DNA of 62,128 nt, filler included, from Pirum gemmata (taxonomy: Eukaryota), in the NCBI GenBank assembly GCA_002812295.1. It is 15 parts of 15 records of this genome, joined end to end, with 100 filler letters (N's around TTAATTAATTAA, not from the genome) between each part and the next. Parts side by side here need not be neighbours in the genome. Positions count along the whole stretch, not along the records: positions 8,202 to 12,182 come from PDIN01001626.1; positions 12,283 to 16,316 come from PDIN01001627.1; positions 16,417 to 20,404 come from PDIN01001628.1; positions 20,505 to 24,520 come from PDIN01001629.1; 11 more parts are not named here. The stretch is one strand, 5' to 3'. Within the stretch, counting starts at the first letter, position 1. Each line of letters opens with the position of its first letter. Both the position numbers and the translations under genes were made by a program. This document shows, one piece after another, positions 11,014-23,159 of the stretch. Below the pieces are notes generated by a model. The model did not search any database. It was not told where the DNA came from and was given only the letters and a program-made list of their open reading frames with translations.

Positions 11014-12066
11014 CCTGTGTTTGTTCCATCACCTGTCTTAGGTGATAGTAACTCAATTTCCGACATGATTTTGACTTTGAATGGAATCGTTCGCGAAAGC
11101 GAAAGTACGAACAGCACAGCTTACTTGAATTTTACGGAAATGAATTTGGATAATGGGAATAATGAAAATAACGGCAATAGCCAAATTGATGTGGAACTTA
11201 TCACGACGCCATCAACTGAAAACTTTGGAGTAATGAACAATACAATCAATGCTAACGAATTGACTAATACCACTGACAACAACAACCTCAATAACACTAA
11301 AGAGACTTGCGAGTCTGCAGCACTCGCATCTACTATACCTCTGCAGCAGGGCTCTTTGGAGACGTTGTACCAGTCTTTGGTGGCCTTCGTACAAGTAATG
11401 ATATCAGTTTGTTCACAGAAACAAACTTCAGTTTCCTCAGTTGTGATGAAAGTACTATCGAATTGGATAATGCCATTTTCAACAACCCAAACAACAACAA
11501 CAACAACAACAACACCAACAACACCAACACCCCCAACACCCCCACCATCAACAACTCCGCCTCCATCACCACCCCCACCATCCCCAGTAACTACTATACC
11601 GACAACAACAACAACATCAACACCTGTGTCAACCCCAACCCAACCAACCCGACCAACCCCACCAACCCCACCAACCCCACCAACATCAACCCCACCAACA
11701 TCAACCCCACCAACAACACCACCTCCACTAACATCAACAACAATAATACCACCAACAAAAACAATACCAACTTCACCACCAACAACACCAACACCACCAA
11801 CACCACCAACACAATCAACACCAACATCAACACCAACATCAACACCAACATCAACACCAACATCAACGCCATCGACACCACCACCACCACCACCAACAGT
11901 GGAATATTTCGAACACCCACCAACCACAATTACAACAACTCTGACGACTACAACAGCAAAACTGAAACCGATTTTGAACAATATCCACACGTTGTTCACA
12001 TATGTGACCGAGAAAGGGAAAGAAGAGAAAATAGTGTACCATTCTTTTTGTAACGAAATTTATTAA
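9715..12066 (+). CDS. XBP1: XBP1/HAC1-like bZIP transcription factor, unspliced form (783 aa)
   Basis: LTLEEKHEKRKAQNRRSAQRVRDLKK resembles XBP1 LSPEEK..RRKLKNRVAAQTARDRKK; ESAALASTIPLQQ resembles XBP1u ESAALRLRAPLQQ; IRE1-type intron present; polyQ and Thr/Pro tracts. Confidence 0.9.
11318..11343 (+). other. 26-nt IRE1-type unconventional intron
   Basis: Two CTG^CAGC loops (11315-11321, 11341-11347); stems TGCGAGT/ACTCGCA and CCT/AGG; basal stem CTAAAGAG/CTCTTTGG. Confidence 0.9.
11344..12053 (+). CDS. XBP1: Spliced-form C-terminal frame; predicted CDS join(9715..11317,11344..12053), 770 aa
   Basis: Excision gives ESAAGLFGDVVP... (human XBP1s ESAAG); same frame as ORF-track 11307..12053; acidic/aromatic patches such as DESTIELDNAIF and TETDFEQYP. 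Confidence 0.85.
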
Positions 12067-13453
12067 CAAAAAGAAAAAAAAAAATATTAATATTTGGATT
12101 TGTAATCTATATAATAAAATTGTTTTTCCGATTAATTTTTTTAAAATTTACTTTATTAACAAGGTATAATTATTATTATTATNNNNNNNNNNNNNNNNNN
12201 NNNNNNNNNNNNNNNNNNNNNNNNNNTTAATTAATTAANNNNNNNNNNNNNNNNNNNNNNNNNNNNNNNNNNNNNNNNNNNNAATAATAATAATTTATTG
12301 TATTATACCAAAAATTTTTTTTTACCTATTTTAAACTTACGAGCAATTCTTAAAAGCTGCTTTCTCCCCTGACTAGAAGTTCCTTGGAGTATATTTTGAA
12401 TATAATGTTATATATAGCTAATTTATTATATTAGTGCATATTAATATATCATAGTAAAGAAAACAAAAATATAAATGAATATCACATAAAATAATATTAA
12501 TAATAGTAATTAAATATTTCCAATAACACTCTTTCTTTTTGATTACTCGAGCTCATACCAAAGTGCTGTAAAGCTATCAATGAAATTTTATTTTTATTTC
12601 AAATTTTTCTTGTCAATATTTATTTATTTTTATATCTACATATCATTATTTTTACTATTTGCTGTGGATAGAGCTTGCAGTAATCTATTATTAGAGTTTA
12701 GAGAAGTTTGCATGATGGGTGAATCAAAATTACTATATCATGCTGTGAAGTATCCTCACTCCTAATATTCAGGTTTTTTTTTATTTTTGAATTTGGACCT
12801 TGTTTGTCCGTTGATTGTTTTCTTTTATTTGTCATTTTATATTTATTTCAATAGTTTATTGTGTTTATTATTTTTTTCTTTGTGTTTTTTTTTCTTTAGA
12901 AAGTCTGACTGGCAGCTGGCTGGAGCCTGGGTTTTTTCATGAGATTACCCTAACTGGTTTTTTGGTGTAGTTCAAAAAAGTTGTCAAAACGACTCCAAAA
13001 TGACTGTTCATGTTTCTTTTTTTTTACAATGGGTTTTTATGTTACGATGTTGAAATAAAAATCGAAGTTGCAACTTAAGACTATATCTACAAATCCTAAG
13101 TAACAAGTATTGATAACAAACTAATATATACATATATATACCCATTTATTAAACATTACTGTTAAAATTAACTAATGAACCATTTAAAAAGACAAAAAAA
13201 AGAATTATTATATATCGAGTAAAAAGTCATATGTTTGTAACTTTTGAGCTTTTCATATATATAGTGCAAAGGATGTTTAGTTTGCATTAACCTAAATCGA
13301 ACCCGTAGAATCCGAAAATGATATCATTATATTTATCGCAAATCATTATTTTTGGTATCAAAATTTATTTATATCATAATAATGCGATTTATAAATAAAA
13401 CGAACAAAAAGTAAAAAAAAAACATCGGCTCGAAACAATAATCTATGGACTAT

Positions 13454-13487
<34 letters not shown>

Positions 13488-14631
13488 CGGGTCTACTAGC
13501 TACGTATAGTAGCTAGTTAGTCCCATGGGAATCGATGATGGGACCCCATCCTGGGAAGTTGTGACACTAAAATAATTTATTATAATAATAATAAAAGAGA
13601 AATAAATTGCTGGAAAACTGAAAAAAAAATGAGAAAAGTCAATTTTTGGCTCCTGTGACTATTTCTATCCTAAATAAGTGGGGGTGCTTCCAATATACTA
13701 TTCTATAATCTACTAACATTTATAATTTATGGTTAAAGTGCGAGTCAGAGTAACTCCTATTGTCAGGTTCGTTTTTTTGCGTCTCAAGGCAAACTTCGTC
13801 CTTATAAAACTTCCGGCACATTATTATTCAACAAAGCTAGTATTAATACTACAGTTTTTGATAACAATTGGAACAGGATAATTTTGTAAGGAATGGTAAT
13901 ACTAGTGCACAAATGCTTCTTGATGGATGGTGTAGTAGATGGTTCAAACTTCGATTATATTTATGATAATTGTAATAGATTTATTAATGAGGGTGCAGTT
14001 GCTTTTTATGTTATAAATATTTTTTCTGTAAACAGGAATATGTTTTTACTCATGGTTATATGGGTACTATCTTACTGCTATAATAGATTTTTCTATTGTT
14101 GGAAGTTATGAGAAGAAATAATAGCACTACCTTACCTAAAAAACCACTTCAACAAAATATGATTGGAAGTAGGTTAAAGGATACCTACTATAATAGTACT
14201 AAGTTTTTTAATATCTTTTACTTGCTGTATATGAAAAAAAAAGTTTTGGTTCGGAAATTTTTTTGGAGGGGTAGATTTGGTTTGGAAAAAAAATCATATT
14301 TTTTTTTATGGTTTGGATTTTTTTTATACCCAACTGTTTTTGGTTCGGATTTTTTTTATACACAACTGTTTTTGGTTTGGATTTTTTTTGAAAATTTTGA
14401 TTTTTGGTTCGGATTTTTTTTTCGATTTTATTTTTTTGGTTTGGATTTTTTTCTGTAAAACGATTTTTTGGTTTGGCTAATAAAAAAACACACAGGATTT
14501 TGGTTTGGATTTTCTTGAAGAGCGGTTTTTTTAGTTTGGCTGATTTTTTCTTTTTTTTTTTTGGTTTGGCTAATTTTTCCACTTTTTCTTTTAGGTTCGG
14601 AGAGGAAACGTCATAATGACGTCACTTTATA

Positions 14632-14785
14632 GACCCTAACCCTTATTTTGTTATTTTTGGTGCCTATTAGTAGGATAGAGTAACTACTAGAAGCCCATCT
14701 GGGGTCTCTTTTGTTAGTTTAGAGGCTTAAAACTAACAAGTAACAACTGACAAGTCTAGAACTAACAGGGTATCAATTAGTGGTC
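14632..14785 (+). mobile_element. GACC...GGTC-ended MITE with TA flanks; 5'-truncated second copy at 15100-15242
   Basis: TA|GACCCTAA...TTAGTGGTC|TA; direct repeat of ~145 bp. Confidence 0.65.
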
Positions 14786-14808
14786 TATATATTATTATTA
14801 TTATTATC

Positions 14809-14945
14809 GTGCTTTTCATTTATTTTGTCACTCTGAATATTTATATAGATAATAAAATATACCAAATTAAATTAATGGATTTATATTATATCAATTTGGT
14901 ACTATTTATTGTATATTTTATGATGACAAACCAACTGAAAAGCAC
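14809..14945 (+). mobile_element. MITE family A copy (internally deleted)
   Basis: GTGCTTTTCA...TGAAAAGCAC TIR. Confidence 0.8.
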
Positions 14946-14970
14946 TAGACTATATATTATTATATTACTC

Positions 14971-15071
14971 AGGGTTAGGGTTAGGGTTAGGGTTAGGGTT
15001 AGGGTTAGGGTTAGGGTTAGGGTTAGGGTTAGGGTTAGGGTTAGGGTTAGGGTTAGGGTTAGGGTTAGGGT
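14971..15071 (+). repeat. Interstitial (TTAGGG)n array
   Basis: Direct reading. Confidence 0.95.
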
Positions 15072-16452
15072 CTAAATAGGGTAGTTTAGGTTCTCTATAG
15101 CTTATTTTGTTAGTTTTGGTGCCTATTAGTAGGATAGACTAACTACTAGCTAGAAGCCCATCCGGAGGTCTGTTTTGTTAGTTTAGAGGCTTAAAACTAA
15201 CAACTAACAAGTCTAGAACTAACGGGGTATCAATTAGTGGTCTATATATTATTATTATTATTATTATTATATTATTATTACTCAGTTGTTATGATACTAA
15301 CAGTCTTATAGTTGCAGTCTTTCACTATGAAAATAATAGAATATAGTCTATAATATGCTTTTGATCCCCATATAAGAGGCCCATATTACAGCCCTAAAAA
15401 AATCTAAAAAGACTTGGTTTTAAAAAAATTGAAATCTAGACTAGATTTCTAGCTAGACTATTCTAGACAAGTTCTAGACACATTTTATCTCAATCTAATT
15501 GGAAAAATTAGTATGCCTTTAAACCCTAAAATAGTGGTCAAAATTGAAATCTAGGGGCCCCAGATCACCCCTAAAAAAACATTCCGAACGTTAAATCGTT
15601 TTCTGAAAAATTAGCCAAACCAAAAATCAACTTCTAAAAAAATAGCCAAACTCAAACAAAAAATAAAAATAAAATTTCCAAACTAAAACAAAAAAAAAAA
15701 ANCCGAACCAAAACAAAATTTTAGTGGGTATTTTCCAAACTCAAACAAAAAAAAAAAAACAAAATAGCCGAACCAAAATTTTTTTTTTTTGAAAACTGTT
15801 TCCGAACCAAAACTTTTTTTTCATATGATATAATATCAGCGTCTTTGTTTTGTAATGTTGTGACTGCTGTTCTTATGGTTATTGCTGCGTTTGTTATTTT
15901 TGCTGTTGTTGTTGTTATAATTTTATTAATCTTGTCCTTGCTTTAGATTAGTCGGTATGACCTATGTTAATAAAAGGTTTTTGTTGTTACTAGTAAATCT
16001 AGAAAATTGTAGTTTTGGTATTCTATAATAAAAATGATAACAATAATAATGAAAATAATAATAAAAATGATAAAAATAAAAAAAACAAAATATCTAAGTC
16101 AAATATATAAATAAAAAAAGATAATAAAACAAATATATTATAAAACAAAATTTAATAACTACATAACTATAATAATAACAAAAAAACTATCGCAATAATA
16201 ACAAAAAAGATTTATAGTTTAAAACTATGTTTATATTATTTATAATATTAAAGAAATATAAAAAATATATATTCAATAAAATGAAATATAATTTTTAAAA
16301 TTCATTTTTTTTTTTTNNNNNNNNNNNNNNNNNNNNNNNNNNNNNNNNNNNNNNNNNNNNTTAATTAATTAANNNNNNNNNNNNNNNNNNNNNNNNNNNN
16401 NNNNNNNNNNNNNNNNAATAATAATAATAATAATAATAATAATAATTCATAC

Positions 16453-17319
16453 CTGATAACTTGGAGAAAGTGCAAAATCTGGACTAGGAGTATTTAAACC
16501 TCTATTTACACCCACACTTAACGGACTATTACTACTACCACCAAAACTCAAACTTTTATTACGACCTAATAAATGTTTGTTTATTGGCGTTTTCACTATT
16601 GGGGAATTAAAAAAGCTCAGGTTGTTGTTTTCATTATTATTATTATTATTATTACTATTATTATTATTATTATTAGTTTGTGTGTTGATATCATTTTCAT
16701 TAGAAGAGTGCAACGCTTTTTTTATTCGAGCAGCGCGTAGTTGATGTAAAAAATGAGTACCTTTCCCGACACTACCACTTTTACTACTACTATTACTACT
16801 ATTATTATTATTATTGTCATTATTACTATGATTATTACTAATACTACTACTAATACTACTACTACTGCTACTGCTACTATTACTACTATTACTACTACTA
16901 TTATTGCTGCTGTTGCTGCTGCTCTTATTATTACTACAATTATTATTATTACTACTATTACTCTCAACATTATTATTATTACTACTACTACTACTACTAC
17001 TACTACTGCTGCTACTACTACTACTACTACTAATGTTACTATTTTTACTTCTCCTTCGACTCCTGCTACTAATACTGTTAGCACTTTTATGCGGACTGTT
17101 ATTATTACTATCCTTGGTACTCTGCTTTGCACAAGTATTCTGATTATTATCATTACTACTATCATTAATAGCGTTATCGTTATTAATTTCATTTTTGTTG
17201 TCGTTGTCGTTGCCGTTGTTCTCGTTGCTGCTGTTGCTGTTGTTATTGCTTTTGTTGCTGTTGTTATCGGTGTTGTTGTTGTTGTTGTTGTTGTTACAGT
17301 TGTTGTTGTTGCTGCTGTT

Positions 17320-17350
<31 letters not shown>

Positions 17351-17351
17351 C

Positions 17352-17408
<57 letters not shown>

Positions 17409-18134
17409 CATTGGCATCAAATACATCAGTACTCGCGTTTATTCCATCATTTACGAGCACATTTATTTCTATAGTTTCCTTACTAATAACATCCTTTTTA
17501 CTTGTTTCGCTTTCAACAATAGAATTACTAACAATATTACATTCAATTACATTGCTTGTATTATTAGTTTGTATTATCTTTTCAATGTTTTCATCGTTGA
17601 TTTTACTATTGTCATTATCATCACCATTGGCATTGTTATTCCCATTGTTGTTTTTCTGGGGGAAAACGTTAACATCCACAACATCAAAACTATTACAGTT
17701 ATAATTAATGTAACTATCAGTACATAAGCTGACGCTATTTTTGTTATTCTTAGTATTGGTATTATTACTGTTATTATTATTTTCGTTATCATTATCATTA
17801 TCGTTATCGTTATCAGGTTTGTTATTAGCAGGATTCTTATTTGTACCAATGCTAAAGGTAACATTATTATTATCACAGTTAATGTCATTGCTAGAATCAT
17901 CATTAGAAGCACTGTTCTCATTATCATTATCATTATTATTATCATTGTTATTATTATTACTATTATTGTTATTATTCTCGAGGTCCATGTTATCTTTATT
18001 GTTGCTATTTTTATTGATGCAAGTTTTATCAACATTAACATCTCTAACTTTACCTACAGTTTCATTACTTTCGTCAATAGAATTGGTATTGACGGTTGTA
18101 GTAGTTGTGTTATTGTTATTATTGTAACTTTTGC

Positions 18135-18168
<34 letters not shown>

Positions 18169-18956
18169 GCTGTTGTGCGTATTACTTTTGCTTTGGGTGA
18201 CGATATTAGAAATTCCATTGATACTGTTATCAATACTTCTATTTACACTATTTACATTATTATCATTGATATTACTACTGCTATTAACACTAATTTTATT
18301 TTGTTCTTCATTATAGCCATTTTTTTCACCATTGGTATTGTTATTGTTATTAACATTGTCATAGTTGTTGGTGGTGGTGTTGTTGATGTTATTAATGTTT
18401 TTAATGCCATTGTTATTGTTATTGTTATTGTTATTATTTTTGTTATTGTTGTTATTGCTATCGTTATCTTTATTGTTATTGGTATTATTGTTATTGTTAT
18501 CGTTATCGTGATTGTCATTGTTACTGCTATTTTTATTGTTATTGTGGGTGGTGTTGAGGAAGGGTTTGTTGCTATTGTTGTTAAAATTTCTATTCATAAA
18601 ATTATTATTACCAATGTTGTTCAAATTGTTGTTGTTGTTGTTATATAAAGCATTGCTATTGTGTAGCTTACTGTTGTTGCTAGTTATTAAATTCAAACCA
18701 GGTAATACCGAAGATGGTAAAGGAGTTTTTTGTATTAACGAATCAAAATTTCTTACTGGTTTTGGACGTTTCAATATAGGTCTTCCAGTTCCCATTGTTT
18801 TCATTGGTTTTCTAAATACTGATTCAGCATCGAATACAGGCATGCTCAAGTTGTTGATATTATGACCACCACTACTATAATTATCTTTACAACTATTGTT
18901 ATTTACGGTGTTGTGGTTGTTTTTACCAATATTGTCGCCATTACTATTACTATTAC

Positions 18957-19011
<55 letters not shown>

Positions 19012-19051
19012 ATAGTAATTATTATTATTATTGCCAATTCGTTTATTGTAT
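16453..19051 (-). CDS. Large Asn/Ser-rich low-complexity internal exon, unknown protein
   Basis: Long open frame with unique patches (MPVFDAESVFRKPMK, HFLHQLRAARIKKAL); ends at CAG|GTATGA donor (16453); probable AATAG acceptor at 19052. Confidence 0.7.
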
Positions 19052-20621
19052 CTATTGTTAATCATCAAAATACCCAATATTAATAATAATAATGTCATTA
19101 TTGTAATATTACTAGTACTAGTAGTACTATTACTAGTAGTACTATTACTATTACTACTACTACTACTACTATTATTAGTATTAGTATTAGTATTATTATT
19201 ATAACTACTACTATTATTATTAGTATTAGTATTATTATTGTTTTTATTTATTATCATTATTATCATTATTAATATTATTATTACTTATAAAATATTATCA
19301 TAATTATTAATTTCTGTAATATCACTGTTACTGATTATGTGGCTGATTATGATATTACTATTTTATCACTAGTTCTAGGTTTATTGCAGAGGTTTATTGA
19401 TATATTATATCCTAATAGATTAGTAAATAAAGAAACTATCAAAATCAGCTATGTGCTTGTAGAACATAATATAGATGATTGATAGTATTATCGATAATCA
19501 TAAATTCATAATAATATTTTTATAATATATCATAATATAGTCTCTAGAAGTGTTTCTAAATAATAAAAAAATAAAATAAAATAGTCTAAATAAAATAAAT
19601 AAGAACAAAACTAATTATAAGAACAATAAGATAGGTCCGTGAGATAAGAGACAGTTTAATTTTAAAAATATTGGGATATAAAATATTGATATTGATATGT
19701 GTGTGTGTTTTTTTTTTGCTTCCGAAAAAGAAAAGCCTGTTTTCTTTATTATAATTATAAAGGAGCAGTGTAAGTTCCAGTTATTGATATATCTATAGTT
19801 GATAATAGTTGTATTTTAAATAATGTGTTTTCATAATACTTTGATATAAATTAATAATTTGATTGTCGTTCGGTTTTAGCCTATTGTACTTTTATATAAT
19901 AGCAATAGCTTACGATTAGCAATAATTGTATTGTGCTATTGATGGTCTAGCTAAACTTTATATTATGTTATTATTATTATTTTCCAGGAGAAATTGAATG
20001 TCTAAACAATAGATTCTATCCGATAACTAAAGACTACTCTGACCATGTTCGATAATATTATTTTTACTTTATTATCGTGTGGTATTATCTGGATATCATT
20101 TATATATCTTTATTAGTTTTACTTTATTCTATCAATATTATCATACTTGTAAAAGTCTTGTAAACTACCTTCATGGATGGATATATAAAAAAAGTGATGT
20201 CAATAAGAATAATTATCATATAGGTGATATCGATATCATAGGTATGCTATCTGATATTATAATATATATGATAATTATTGGGTCTGAGATTATTAGGTAG
20301 TGCAAAGTATATATAGACTACCAACTACGGAGTGGACAGTATTACTTAAAGTAGATTGGGGGGGTTAGGGTTAGGGTTAGGGTTAGGGGGTAGTCTAATA
20401 GGGGNNNNNNNNNNNNNNNNNNNNNNNNNNNNNNNNNNNNNNNNNNNNTTAATTAATTAANNNNNNNNNNNNNNNNNNNNNNNNNNNNNNNNNNNNNNNN
20501 NNNNATAATAATAATATATAAAAAAGTATTAATACATTTTATTAGCTAATTTTCAAATCTGATTTTTATTTATAATGATATACATAATTTAAAATTGCGT
20601 TTTATTCAAAACACAAAACTA

Positions 20622-21590
20622 TCAAACAGGACTGCTAGACGACCATTTGTTAGTCTTGATATTATATACTTCTAAGGTGTCTAATAAATTATTGTTTTCA
20701 TCTATACCCCCTAAAACAACAACATTTCCATTTTTTAAAGAAGTAGCCGCAGAACCATATCTTTTGCTATTCATAGTGCTGATCAACGTCCAAGAATCTG
20801 TAACAATGTTATAAATTTCAACTGTGTCTAGCAAATTATCATTTTCATCAACACCACCCATTACAATTACATTACCATTTTCTAAAGTATTGGCTGAACA
20901 ACCGTACCTTTTTTTATTCATTTTGCTAATTATTTTCCAAGAATCAGTCGCAACATGGTATGTCTCAGCCGTGTCTAATTTACCTAACCGGTCATTCCAA
21001 CCTCCAACCACTATAACATCACCATTCAATAACGTAGTCGCTGCACAACCTCCTCGCTTATAATTCATTTTACTAACTTTTTTCCATGAATTTGTTTTAA
21101 CATTATATATTTCGGCAGAGTTCAAATCAGCCCAACTTTCATCTTCACCACCTACAACAATGACATTTCCATCGATCAAAGGAGATGACGCAAAGCCGTC
21201 TCTTTTGCTATTCATGTTACTTATTTCTTTCCAACTATTTTCCTTCACATCCAAAATTTCAGCGGTATTCAATCTATCCTTATTACCATCCTCACCGCCC
21301 ATTACAATTACATTGCCATTGTTCAAAATTGAGGCAGAGCAACGCCCTCTTTTAGAATTCATTTTTCTAATCAACGTCCAGGTGTTGGTGTCTGCATTAT
21401 ACATTTCAGCCACATCTAAGTTAGCCCAGTTTTCATCCCAACCACCAAAAATTACGACAGAGTGGTTTTTTAAGGTGACAGCAGAAAAGTAATACTTTTT
21501 GCTGTTCATTTTAATGATTCTCGTCTCAGTACATAAGTTGGATTTTAACCATAAGCATAGAAATAACACAATACCTCTTAAATTCATCAT
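20622..21590 (-). CDS. Six-bladed kelch-repeat beta-propeller, possible signal peptide
   Basis: Six ~49-aa repeats MNxKR...VIVxGG...E.YN...W. Confidence 0.93.
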   Translation of the reverse strand: MMNLRGIVLFLCLWLKSNLCTETRIIKMNSKKYYFSAVTLKNHSVVIFGGWDENWANLDVAEMYNADTNTWTLIRKMNSKRGRCSASILNNGNVIVMGGEDGNKDRLNTAEILDVKENSWKEISNMNSKRDGFASSPLIDGNVIVVGGEDESWADLNSAEIYNVKTNSWKKVSKMNYKRGGCAATTLLNGDVIVVGGWNDRLGKLDTAETYHVATDSWKIISKMNKKRYGCSANTLENGNVIVMGGVDENDNLLDTVEIYNIVTDSWTLISTMNSKRYGSAATSLKNGNVVVLGGIDENNNLLDTLEVYNIKTNKWSSSSPV

Positions 21591-22101
21591 CAGAAAACCA
21601 ACGCATTTTGAAAACCTTGCAGTTCAAAATACTAACGTGTTGCTGCAGTAATAGTACTGAATGCAAAGGTTATGAAAAAGCAATGTAGTAGTGTAAGTAA
21701 CTGTAGTAGTAGTAGTAGTAGAAGTATTAGAATAACATAACAGTGAAATGAATGTTTGTACAAGCTTGTTTAATAGCTAATATCGTCATCGTAGAACTTT
21801 ATTTATTTGTAAATGATAGACGCAGAACGTGAACGTGATGGATGATAGTATGATCCCCTATTTATCATAAATAATTATTATCGATATTTATCACTGATAT
21901 TGTTATCAATGTTATCATAGACTATCAGATATAAAAACTCAAAAAAGCCTTGTGTTTATTATCCACTGAACAAAGACCTAGCTAGGCAAAAGTCTTTGGT
22001 TTTTAAAAAAAAACCAAGAGGGGTAGCTACTACTAGCTAGACAGGCAACAAGAGAACAAACAGACTATGATACCAAGACTCTACCAAGGTCTTTTTTGTG
22101 T

Positions 22102-22272
22102 AAGGGTTAGGGTTAGCTATCGATAGTTAGGGTTAGGGTTAGGGTTAGGGTTAGGGTTAGGGTTAGGGTTAGGGTTTAGGGTTTAGGGTTAGGGTTTTTA
22201 GGGTTTAGAGTTAGGGTTAGGGTTTAGGGTTAGAGTTAGGGTTAGGGTTAGGGTTAGGGTTAGGGTTAGGGT
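22102..22272 (+). repeat. Interstitial (TTAGGG)n array flanked by a ~68-bp direct repeat (22038-22106, 22272-22338)
   Basis: Direct reading. Confidence 0.9.
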
Positions 22273-22531
22273 AGATAGGCAACAAGAGAACAAACAGACT
22301 ATCAAGACTCTACCAAAACGTCTTTTTTTGTGTAAGGGATCCGGAGCATAAGGGAGCGTTCAAATACTACATGTAACGCCAATTTTCAGTCAAATACAGC
22401 TAACCTACCTACCCCTCGACGTTAATTTCCGGTCAAATACCACCTACCTGCCTACCCCTTGACGTGACGTATTTTTTGAACAAAAAAAATGAAAAAAAAA
22501 AAAAAAATGAAAAAAAAATGAAGAACTGTGG

Positions 22532-22746
22532 CACTATGGTCTATTCGTCAAAGGGTCATCAATTGATGACCTTTTTATCTCAAATCCAACGTGGTTTTTT
22601 TTCACAATTGAGACGAAAAGTATACCAAATGAAAGGAAATTACGTCAATATTAATTAAGTGGTGAAAGTATCGTGTCATTCATTCCCATTTCCCGAAAAG
22701 TTTGTCAAAGTAAAACCATCAATCGTCATCAATTGATGACATAGTG
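22532..22746. mobile_element. Transib-like MITE (CACTATG...CATAGTG) with two internal GTCATCAATTGATGAC palindromes
   Basis: Terminal heptamer inverted repeat; palindromes at 22554-22571 and 22725-22740; flanks do not match as a TSD. Confidence 0.5.
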
Positions 22747-23159
22747 CGCTGACGGATAGACGCTATCTATATATAATATACATATTGATAATATATTCAC
22801 ATTATTCAACCAAAACTAACGACACACAAACTATTGATAGCTCGGGCATATAGACTATATATAGTATTAGTCGCCCCCAACTGCCGTCAAATGTCTCATT
22901 CGAGACCGAGCTAGTGACGTCATAAAAATCTGGTGATGTCATATACGGTGTCCTAAGTGACGTCACACGTGGGTTCGGCTCTCATTGAAAGTGACAAAAC
23001 AAGAAAAAAAAACACCTCTATTTCTATCAATCAACGATCTGAAAAGTATGACGTCATTATTATGGTCTTGTTGCAACTATTTTTTTAAAAAATAATAATT
23101 TCGATAGTCTAATAATTTTTACAATGGTCTTCAGCAGGGTAGGGTCTCCAGCAGTTAGA

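Larger units (their letters stand above)
14229..15826. mobile_element. Foldback-like element with internally repetitive inverted arms and nested MITEs plus a telomeric array
   Basis: ATATGAAAAAAAA(A)GTTTTGGTTCGGAAA inverted at both ends; arms are TTTGGTT(C/T)GG repeats; no TSD seen. Confidence 0.6.

Noticed and set aside
10094..12069. Minus-strand ORFs over the XBP1-like gene
   Set aside because: Antisense shadows of CAA/CCA repeats
14096..15075. Phe/Lys-rich and RVRVRV ORFs
   Set aside because: Translations of foldback arms, a MITE and TTAGGG repeats
14632..15280. Direct repeats with (ATT)n tails read as SINEs or LTRs
   Set aside because: GACC...GGTC inverted ends with TA flanks fit a DNA MITE better; no TG..CA ends or Pol III boxes
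16722..19266. Many overlapping poly-L/I/V/T ORFs and the 19266 start of the 939-aa ORF
   Set aside because: Microsatellite shadows; the upstream part is probably intronic
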